NCBI GenBank assembly: GCA_020891255.1
Contig: BQFW01000011.1
Coordinates: 930,001 to 994,000 of the forward strand
Reading direction: 5' to 3'
DNA length: 64,000 nt
Origin: Entomortierella parvispora E1425
Taxonomy: Eukaryota > Fungi > Mortierellomycota
The translations under genes were made by a program, and so were the position numbers. Below, one piece after another: positions 23,234 to 33,454 of this stretch (position 1 is its first letter; the number at the start of each line of letters is the position of its first letter). The notes beneath the pieces are model-generated. The model had not been told where the DNA came from and did no database searches. It worked only from the letters and a program-made list of their open reading frames with translations.

Positions 23234-24449
23234 TTAGATCGAGTGCAAGCAACCGAGGTATCGCTCCACATCAAAGTATGGGAAAGGGTCTGTCGTGGGT
23301 CTTGGTGCAGTCATGATGATGGGCACTAATGATAAAGAACATATAGGAAAAGTCGAGCGTCAGTCATCTTCGCTCATAGCATGGATCAAACACAGATGAA
23401 AACAAATCAAAAAAAAGGACTTACTCTCCACTCTGAGCTCCCTGGTTCCAGCATTCGGGCTGCTGACTTGCATGATCAACTTTAGCTTGTGTGTTTTTTC
23501 AATCATGGGTGAGACCACAGTTGGGGTCAACTGAGGAGCTCCCGGCATGGCGACCACAATTGTTCGCTGCCAACCTTGTCCGTTGGTGGCATGTGGCCAT
23601 CCATCGTCAACCCTCAAATTCAGAATATCCCTAGAGTCGATCTTGCGATCAGTCTTGACTGTCAGGGTCGTGTATTGCTTCAACTTGATATTGGCGCTCA
23701 CAATCTGCAGGTGCGTGTTCGACACGCCCGAACACTTGAACGTCACGGGAACTTGTTGGCCTAAGTACAGGACCTCGGAGGGGATCACACAGATGTATGG
23801 CACACGGTTCAAGAACGTACCATTGAATCGACTCATCGTCAGAGGTGAGTCGATCAAGGGACGCTGGGGTTTAGGCAAGAGCGAAGTCATGACCCAGATC
23901 TTTTGTTCGTGCACCATGTTGAGGGAAGGGAAACTCCGGACCAAGATGGCTTTAATCTTGTAAGTCATCCAGCCATAGGTACCTTTGGATGAACAGGGAG
24001 TGTCTGGATGAATTGGGATTTCGAAAGAGGAGGTGTAATTGCCGGCGGCGACCGTTCCAACCTTTGGGTGTGTCAACTGGACCTGGAAGGAACGCTCCTG
24101 AAACATGTGTCGTCCATGGTAGTTGTAAGTCGTGTTGCCTCTTTTCTCTATTTGTGTTTGAAATCAAAGTCCAGGATGAGCAAGGTGGGTATGGAGTACG
24201 ATCGACGAGAACAGGTAAAAAATAACCAAAACAGGCAGACTTACTGGACCACTTGACCTGGGCTTGGGCTGTGAAATGGATCGTGATATCATCGCCCTTG
24301 CAATCATAACTGCTGGCAAAATTGACAGTTCCTCGAATCACGGCAGGAGCCTCGGCTGTGCCTGTGATCAAAGGAAGGCCGAAAGGACCTGTGGAAGGAG
24401 TATGGATGGAGAGGACCAAGGACTTTGTCTTTTGTTCTGTGGAAGCCAT
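23234..24449 (-). CDS. Arrestin-fold protein 3 (compact); 3 exons
   Basis: MASTEQKTKSLVLSIHTP...IRGTVNFASSYDCKGDDI; phase-1 intron after KWS; AGNYTSSFEIPIHPDTPCS...YKIKAILVRSFP; IPSEVLYLGQQVP; last exon E/MPIIMTAP...TAA. Confidence 0.8.
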
Positions 24450-25072
24450 TGTTCTTGTTCTATATGACGCTAGGTTTGTCGCGTGCTGTGCTTGTGCTTT
24501 GAATTGGTGCAAGAAACTGGAGGGATAGAGAGCTTGGGGAGGAGGGCTGGAGAGAATTTGTTGATTTGTGAGGCAGGTGCCGACGTTTGAGGGTCGCTAG
24601 CTTTTATAGATTCGACGAATTCAAAGAAAATGAGCAAGATGATGTCGAACGAAAGTGAAACCCCGGCATCCGAAGAATGAGCAAAAAGAAAGCCGAGCGC
24701 AACCAGAAGCGGGGCTCGCAACACACACTGAACCTTCACTCTTCGCCCTGTCGGTCGGTCGTCGAAAAAAGGCGGTGCTCGCAATACAGCGATGATCCTG
24801 GAGGCGTCTCTTTCTCGCTGCTCAAAGGATCATGATCAGAAACCCTGTTTGCACAGCCGATGATGCTCTCTTCCTCCCTTTTCGACGCCTTGATCTTTGT
24901 TTCTTTGTTACAGGGCTTTTTGATAAAAAAAACAGGAAATATATTACAAGTGATAGGGAGAGGCTGGACATGCAAGAAAGAAAGGTAAGAGAATGGCGAG
25001 GCAGGGTATCGGGATTGGGATTTGGATGATGGATCAGTATGTCGAACAAACATGTTCACGATCCAGGGTCAG

Positions 25073-25566
25073 TTAGCCCTTGAACTGCTGCAGGACCATC
25101 TATGAGGAAAGCAAGAGAGGGCAAGTTTAAAGAAGTGCAGGGCGAAGGGGATGAGAGCAAACGAGGGCGTTAATACGTGAACACGTCTGAAATATATCCA
25201 TGCTGCTCCTTGACCACCACAAGAACAAAAGAGAAATGTGGTTACCCTCACTGCGCGGATAACGTGCCGAGACTGGATGATGCTGTCGTGGCTGAGCTGG
25301 GCCTGCCGACTCGCCTCGGCAACGAGCCTTTGAAGGAACAAGAGATAGAGGACGTAGATCTGGAAGGAAAGGATGGAGATGAATGGCAATCATGTCAGTG
25401 TTTATTGTCGCGTAAGAACGCGGGAATAGCGAGCAGGAAAGAGGGCAACCATGAGGAGAGGGCAAACAACACTTACCTTGATGTCGACATTCTTGGCCAT
25501 CTTCAAGGTTGGCTCGTGAGCATGGATGATGCGCTTGAGGGTGGAGCGAGGATAGAGTCGCGTCAT
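25073..25566 (-). CDS. CENP-W/Wip1-like histone-fold kinetochore protein; 3 exons
   Basis: Spliced MTRLYPRSTLKRIIHAHEPTLKMAKNVDIK/IYVLYLLFLQRLVAEASRQAQLSHDSIIQSRHVIRAVR/MVLQQFKG*. The YPRSTLK.II start and VL..FKG end match the CENP-W pattern. Confidence 0.75.
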
Positions 25567-26624
25567 AGTGTTTCTGTGAGGTGTGGGTGCAGTAAGGACA
25601 ATGAATATGGTAGTAGGTAATATGGTGGCGTGAATGGATCGGTTGCATGCATGCCATGAGAGGATTATTATGTTCCACCGAGAAAGAGAGAAAGAGAGAA
25701 GGCCAAAAGAGTGGCAGGATATAGTGATCACGTGTGCGGTTCGTTATTTCCCGTCAGTGATCGCAGACTCGGATTGTCGACTTGACTTCGTCAAGACAAA
25801 GCCCTGGTTTGAGGTGCAATCAGGCACCGAATCAGCGTATCCTTCGTTGTGTAACATCCGCGACTTGCCTGGACTATTTTTACCCTGCTTTTGCTTTCCC
25901 TTCCCTGCCTGTCTTGCTGGTCTTGCTGCTCTCTTCTCTCTCGCTCGCTTCGTGCGCAGACGAGAAAACACAACGGCAGGGCGGCGTGAATGGACACAAC
26001 ACAACAACAACCGATGCTCGACGCCCAGAGCAAAGACCCGACCAGCACGGCCCAACAGGATCAGAGCAACCGCGAGTGCGTGTGAGAACAGTCAAACTCC
26101 CACAGAAGAAGGGGGCCAGACCAGACCAGTGGCAAACCAGGAACAAAACACTGCCTATCTGTCGTCCATGACCCGCCGCAAATACCATCCAAAGACGAGA
26201 CGACAAGAGAGCCGACCAACCTTGCTCTCTCTTCAGGCACCGCCTTGTCCATCCACCCATCCCTCTTGCTTCATTCGCCATCATGTCCATCCATCACCGC
26301 TGACGCCCATTGCTCACTCTTCTCCACTTTTGCCCATTCCCCTCTTTTCTATTTTTTTTTTTCTTTTTTTTTTTTACCTTGTGCCAGCTATTTAAAGCCG
26401 TTGCATTCCTTCTTGCGCCAATCTCCAGCCCTATCGTCAAACCGGATAGCTTTCCTTGCACAACTCCTTTGCTCCTTTGTACAATACGGTGACCTTCTTT
26501 GCCTTTCGAACCCCCGCCCTCGAACTCTTCTTTCTTTTCAACCTAGTCTTTCATCCATTATCCTCTTCTCGCCCTTTTCCCCTTTCTAACGAACCAACTT
26601 TCCCACATTCAACCACAAGCCCAA

Positions 26625-27880
26625 ATGGCTTCCAAGCGGTTCTCGTCGCTTCATACTATACTCTTCCTAGCCTCCTTTGTCGTTTTTTGGCTAGTGTGGA
26701 CCAACGCCCGTCTACGAGGTATATGCATTGCCCAGGAGAGGAAGGAAAATTGCTTTTCTATTTTTTATTTGAGCGTTGTTGTTTGCAGGTCCAAAACTGA
26801 AACTAACAAGCTCGCACGCGCGATATTCGATCGCTCCTTTCAGACAGCACTGCACCATTGAGCAAAACAGGCACGAGACACTATTCTGAAGAAAGACCCG
26901 GATTCCCTAATTCCAATTCCTTCAAGGACAGCAACAGTGGCCAGGATGATAACCTTGAGAGCAACAAAAACAGAGGGCGGCCAGACCCCGAGCGGGATCT
27001 GCCGTTTCTCTCGAACCAGAAAGCATCGCCTCTGGAGACCCTGAAAATGAACTTTACGATCGTGACCGCGGCCTCGTCGAATCACTTCTGCGCGCTCGAG
27101 AGTTTTCTTTACTCCATGTCGGAGCTGATGGAGGGTTTGGAACGGACAGAGAAGAGGCCGACGCTGGTCGTTTACAACCTCGGGGGCATGGATAGTGAAC
27201 AGCAGGCTCGTCTGAACTACCTCAGGGACAACCAGTACATTGATGACTACAAGGATTTTGACTACGCCGCTTACCCGGCCTTTTGGGATATCAATGTCGC
27301 TCGAGGTGAATATGGCTGGAAGGCGGGCATGATCAAGGAGGTCGCAGACAAGTATCGAGGCTTGGTACTCTGGCTGGATTCTGGCAATATGTTCGCGCTG
27401 GATTTCCTGCGCTACTTGCCCGGCTACTTGGAGACATTTGGATTCTGGAGCCCACAAAGTTCAGGATCCTTCCGTCAGTATACCCATGAGGGGCTTCCTC
27501 AGTACTTTAACGACACGATAGACCACTACGCGCAAGAAACGAATTGCAACGGAGCCGCTATTGCCTTTGATACATCCAAGGACAGGGTTTACAAAGGACT
27601 GCTCCAGCAATGGTACGATTGCTCCAGAGTCAAAGACTGCATAGCCCCTCCAGGATCGTCTCGTTCGAACCACCGTCAGGATCAGGCAGCGTTGACATAC
27701 TTGGTCAAGAAACTGCGGTTCATGGATCAATGTCGACACTTTCCAGAGCACTATGGTGTGACGGTGCATCAGGACAAGGTCTGCAAGGAGCGGATAAGGG
27801 CCTTCAAGATCATGAAGGGGCTTGGACAAGAAAACAACGAGGCAAACTTTGCTGGAGATGAAGACGATGCAGATTCATAG
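26625..27880 (+). CDS. Type II membrane DUF1647-like putative glycosyltransferase; 2 exons
   Basis: N-terminal TM helix (TILFLASFVVFWLVW); intron ~26719-26843; FTIVTAASSNHF, LVVYNLG, YGWKAGMIKEV, VLWLDSG, HRQDQAALTYL. Confidence 0.7.
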
Positions 27881-28371
27881 AGTATCGGATCGAACCCATC
27901 TTCTTCCATCTTTTTTGTTTATTTTTGCATTTAGTTCGCCCTCCTTATCTTCATTTACATTTTCCCCTCCGAAACTACCAACAATAACAATGTCAACGTA
28001 ATGAACAACCATCAATAATATTTTTTGCCTTCGAGATACCTCTGCAGGACCAAAGGAACTAAGGTGCACTATACAGCAAATCGCCGCTACGAGCATCAGC
28101 TATTTGACAACCACTACAACAAGGAAGAGATCTACAGCACCATTCACGATTACCATTCTGGCACCAATGGTCTCGAACATGCCAAAGACTGGAGCTCCAC
28201 CATCGCGTGCCTCGTGAAGACACCACTGAATTCCCACTCTGTACTATATCTAAAGATGAATAAAGATAAATAATCCATTTATTTGTGCATGTACGCCAAG
28301 GATCGCTTTATGTTATTTTACATGGCTGTCACATCCATCTCGACCTCTTTCTTGCCTGACCCTTTGTTTTT

Positions 28372-30933
28372 CTATACTACATTGACGGATTCGATAAAAT
28401 CCACGATTGCTCTAGCTGCCGCAGGGCTCTTTGACACTTTGACGGGGTGAATCATGCCCACGCCAGGCACCATGAAGTCGTGCCATTTATCTCGCCCAAA
28501 CCACAGGTACGTTTCCTTCCAGCTCTCCCAGTTCTCCGTTGGCTCCACTGCGATGAGGGCCAATCCAACACCCAACTCCAAAAATACATTGTGCTTGAGG
28601 AATCGCTTAAGAACATCTGTCAGCTCCACGGCAATCCTTCTTGGAACATACACCGCGTCAGCGTACGATTGGACGTCGACTGGTCCATCAACTTTTGTGA
28701 AGGCTGCAATTCGCTTTAGCTGCTCCTCCGTCAACGAAGTTGGGTCGGCATACATTTTCCCTGTCTCTGGCTTGTCCCACATGAACAAACCATACCCTGG
28801 CGGCGCGTTCAGGTGCCACACCTCGGGACGAGGTTTAGAGAGATCGTGAATAGCATACTCGAGACTTGGAACTTCCTTCCACACCTTGTCTTGGTCAAAC
28901 GTTGCAATCTGAAAGACATTCAGGACCGTATCATCGTTGGTGTAGAGGTAACCCTTGTAGTCTGGATACTTTTCCATTGCATCGACAAGAGAACGATATC
29001 CGGTAGCACCTTCGTCGTAGGGATTCTCGGTCACAGTGTCCTTGAGTTCGGCAGGTACTTTGGGACCATAAAACTTGATGTTGGGGAAGTACGGCCCATA
29101 CATGAAAAGGAAAGGCTTGATCGCAGCATAGGTTGGATGGTTGAAGTTGACAACCAAAAGAATATCCTTGAACCGCTCCCGTGTATCCCTCTCCCCAGTC
29201 GCAGTGATCTGTATCCTGGCCATGGTGGGATCGACACTGGCCTGTGCCTGACATTCCTTCAAAGCCAGATTGGAGAGTTGACGAGATTTTTGAGCATTCA
29301 GGCGGGGCTCTTCGGATTCGGTGAGATGGGTCAAGTACGTGGCAGGGTCATAACGTGATACTCTTGGGAAGACGTAGCCCATGTCCTTGAGGTCCTTTAT
29401 CCAACGCTTGGCAAGCTTCACATCGTCCACTCCAATAAACTTGTGTTCAGCCATGGCCATCATCAAGTCGACAATACGAGTTTCAAGGTACCATGACGAG
29501 GATTTCCAAGAAGCAAGAAAATCAATAAAATCTGAAGTCTGACTGTAAAATTGAAGTTCGTCCACGTAGTCGTCAAGGTAATTGTGAGCATTTCGAATTT
29601 GATCCACCGTCGGCTTGGTGAAACCAAGAGATCCGCCCACATCCCAGAGCAAGCGCTGAACCCAGTAGCCACGCCAGATGTCACATACTCGGAAAGACAC
29701 TGAAGAAGGTGATTAGTTTATGAACAAAAAGAGACAGTTGGAATCCCTTGTCAAAGCAACATCGAAAGGGTTTCCTTACCTGTGGTTGGGAGAAGAAGGC
29801 CCCAGAAAGCGTCGTAAGTGAAGAGGGTGTTCTGTTCGATCCAGCAGGAGTGAAGGTGAGAAAGAGTACAGCATTTGATTCGCCCAATTTCCCCTGCTCT
29901 TATTTTTTTTTTTTAAGTTTACCTGGGAATTGAACGGGCTGAATGTTCCTGGCGACAGCCGGATGGAGGGTGACTTTTTACAGAACTTTGCCTTCTTCAG
30001 CTCCTGCCCTTGCGTCAACCGGAAAATGGCATCTACATCAGGATCCAAGTCGGCGAGACCCTGTTGGATCAACATGGGCGGGGCCAACACTCTTCTCGCT
30101 TGCACAGAGAGTGAATCGTACTCGGGAAGGTAGGCAACAGGGCGACGAACGTCAATTTCTTCTAGAGGGAATCCACGAGGCCAGATGTCAGGCCGTCCAA
30201 AGTGTGAATAAATGTTGACGCTCTTTCCTGTGCCGCTGACCTTACGATAACCGACAACACCTTCCGTTGGTGACTCGAGGATGATGTCCTTGCCATTGGG
30301 GAGATTGTCGTCTGTTCAGGGTCAAATTGGTTAGTTTTCTCTTTTTCTGTTGTCAGAATGGCGACAGTACTCTCTCACGCACAGCTTTTGACCTTCATGA
30401 GAATAATTTACCATCGGTGTCAAAGATTTTCTTGGCGCCTTGCTGAATAGCCCAGAGATAACCAATGTTCTTGCGCGTGTATGCCTTGTAAGGAAGGGCT
30501 TTATGGATCTCATAATTAAGGCACGGCTGCTCCTCAACAGACAAGTATACGCATGATCCACACTTCCAATCCTTGGGCGACTTTGTGTCAGCTACAACCA
30601 CCACCTACGATGTCCGAGTAAAATATTGTTTAGAAAAGAGAGAGAGTGTGTCAACAAGAGAGCATGACCCTCGCAACCTACGTTCCATCCTTCGAGGTTG
30701 CAGAGAAGATCCATCGCTTCTGTGGGTTGGTTGATAGTAGTCACCACGATCCAGTTTTCGCCGACAATTTTCTTTTTCTGATCGAGTTCCTTGTTGAGGA
30801 TCGAACATTCGGCGCTGACAACATCACTCTTACCCTTTGGCCAGAAAGAAAATTGGATATAGATGAGAGAGAGTATGAGGAAGAAGTAAATCCCAGGGAG
30901 GATAGCCCGAGCTCGTTTTTTGAGAGTAACCAT
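28372..30933 (-). CDS. STELLO/DUF288-like putative Golgi glycosyltransferase; multi-exon
   Basis: N-terminal TM helix, then WIVVTTINQPT, VVVADTKSP, YTRKNIGYLWAIQQGAKKIFDTDDDN, WPRGFPLE, QQGLADLDPDVDAIFRLT and FRVCDIWRGYWVQRLLW, with a C-terminal ...GYLYTNDD domain. Confidence 0.85.
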
Positions 30934-31534
30934 GGTGCTAATTCTCTTTTTCTTTTTTTTCTTTTTTTTTTTTTTCAAAGGGAGGAGGACAAGGAAGTAG
31001 AAGAAAGAATCATCGATATGAAATTCACTGTATTTGAAGGAGGGCGAGGGGGGCGAGGGGGGCGCTTTGGAGGCGTGTTTTTCGATGGCTTCCCATCGCT
31101 GGTGCTTTCTCCGCTTCAAAAGGTAGCCTCTGTTCTTCAGACACGTTTGCATTGACTGACAGATGCGGGTAACCCCCATAGTGTCCATCAACCAAAAACC
31201 CGTTGCGCACAAATTGCATGTAACTATATTTAGAATCCTTATTTCAGATAACCTTTTGCAAGGTTACATAGGACATGTGCATAGCAAATCGCAGCTACGA
31301 GCCTCTGCTATTAGACAGCTACTGCAACATCGCTTGCCGATACATACACACTTCCTGTCGCGAGGATCTATAGATCAGTTGACAACATGAGATCGATACA
31401 GCAATGGGTGTATTTTTTTAATTGTGCACTACAATTGGGAAGAATCCTGCATAGGGTTTAAAGGGGTATAATGAAGGATCGTTCCGCGTTCTGTTCGAGT
31501 CATGGTAAAGTGGTTCCAATGCTGGTTACCCATT

Positions 31535-32800
31535 TTACTCCTTGGCATCCTCATGGATATCACGAGCGTTGAATCCCTGGAGGTTGACTAAGGCCTTCAG
31601 TTGCGCCAAACCAATAGGGAATGGCCTCTGCATGAGATTCCAGGAAACATGCTCTGAGCAAGGAGGGGTTGTGAGCGAACCTTGGTATTCCCATCGAGGA
31701 GAAAACTTTCCAATAGCCTTGAGCAAAGGAGAAAAGTCGACCGACTTCAACTTGAGGTCGACCATGGTGGCGTCTTTACCAAAGACACGGCCGCCGGTAC
31801 AGGTCAAGTCCTCGGGGTGATGGGGGTGCTTGCATTGACCCTTGTTGTTGTCGGCCGTCAACAAATCATCGCTCACCACAGTCTCAGAAGACTCCTCCGC
31901 GAGATTCCAGTTAATCTCTTGCGACTCAAAATCGGCAATGTTTTGATCCTGGTTCTCTTGATCCTCATCCTGATACTCGTCCTCGTCTTCATCACCACCT
32001 TCGTCCTCTTCATCTTGCTCTTCCTCTCCGTCGTTTTTCTGACTCTCAGTATCCACAGGGGCTGTGGCCTCAGTAGGGCCATCTGCTGGCTCGTCGGCTA
32101 AGGCTAGTGTGAAGGCGGCTGTGGCCTTTTGATTCAGCTGCTCAATGTAGCGGAAGAAGGGCACACTGTCGTACTGAGCGTGGAGCAAGACCCCCACAAC
32201 GGCCAAGGCACCATCGTCAGGACTCCTGTGCACCATGTGTAGCTCTGCGTCAGCATGTCGGTTATTGATACGATGTTCCGAAGGGGTATGGAGATGGAAC
32301 TGAACCAGATTGTACTTCTTGGCCCCGATTGTGATCGAGTTGTTATGAGCCGTGCTGGCATCCGAGGTCCAGTCGACCTCAACCGTGTGGCCATTCCAGT
32401 GAGCGATGGCGTTCTTCAGGGGCTTGTAGTCGTAAATCAAGGCCGTCTTGGCACAGGTGGCGATGGTGCCGACGGTATTCTTGTTGATGTCAATAGGCGA
32501 CTGATGCATACCAGTGTCACAGATGACATAGCTTGGGTCGAGGAGCCCCCAATGAGTCTGTCCGCCAGGATCTCCACCGTACTATTCCAAAGAACAAGAG
32601 CAAAGTAAGCTACGGGGGGAAGAGGGTCTTTTGAGGGCTATAAAAGAGCGTGAACTCTGTCCTTGTAAAAGTGCCATAAATCAGAAAATACTTACATCCC
32701 AATGCGCACCGCTGTGAGTTTCTGCACGTTCGAAGGCATCCTGTGCTTGAATAAGGAGGACCGTTGCTGCAGCAACGATCGTGCTGAGTACGATCTTCAT
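31535..32800 (-). CDS. Secreted alpha-carbonic anhydrase with an acidic insertion; 2 exons
   Basis: Signal peptide MKIVLSTIVAAATVLLIQA; W(D)/YGG; QSPIDI; zinc ligands QFHLHTPSEH and ELHMVH; GSLTTPPCSE. Confidence 0.92.
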
Positions 32801-33454
32801 TGTTTAGTTTCTGAGAGGGGTGGGGGTGGTTTTTTTCTTTTCTCTTAGACTCGAGGATAGGAGAAACAAAAAGTGCAAAGCCTAAGACAGGTGGACGATG
32901 GAAACGGAGAGGAAGGGAGGAGAAAAAGGGTCAAAGTAAGTGGGGCCAAAAGTTTGTGGGGTTAAAAGGGCAGAGGAGGATCAGAAGACGGAGAGAGCAG
33001 AAACAAAACTTGAGATTCTATGTGTTGGCGGGAATAAAGCTTTCCCTTTCCCCCTCTTTTTATTAGCCGCCCTTCCATCTTTCTTTGGCTGGTCTGTCGG
33101 AACAACCCCCTTTTTTTCTCAGGTTAGAACTATGACAACGTGTCCTGACGACAAGTATGCCCTCCTCGCCATGAGAGCAGTGTAAAGAACAGGGGTGGCA
33201 ACAAAAACACCGTTTTCGTGACTGTCTCATGCTCCTTTCGGGAAACGCGTCTGATTTGCGCCACCAATCAACAAACAACAACAACACGTCCCCCTTTGCT
33301 CGCCACCACTCTTCGCGTGTCATTCAACTCTTTACATTCATCTCCACGGTGCATCATCGCTTGGCCGCATTGCCATCCCAACTGCTTCTACTTTTCCGTC
33401 TTCGTCATCCTCAAGCCCAACTCTCTTCCTCTTGCCCCTCTCTTCTTTCCAATA

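Noticed and set aside
24470-25060. ORFs between arrestin 3 and the CENP-W-like gene
   Set aside because: No motif or splice support; probably UTR or promoter.
25634-26600. 253-aa ORF in the CENP-W/DUF1647 divergent region
   Set aside because: Biased composition and no domain; consistent with promoter and 5' leader sequence.
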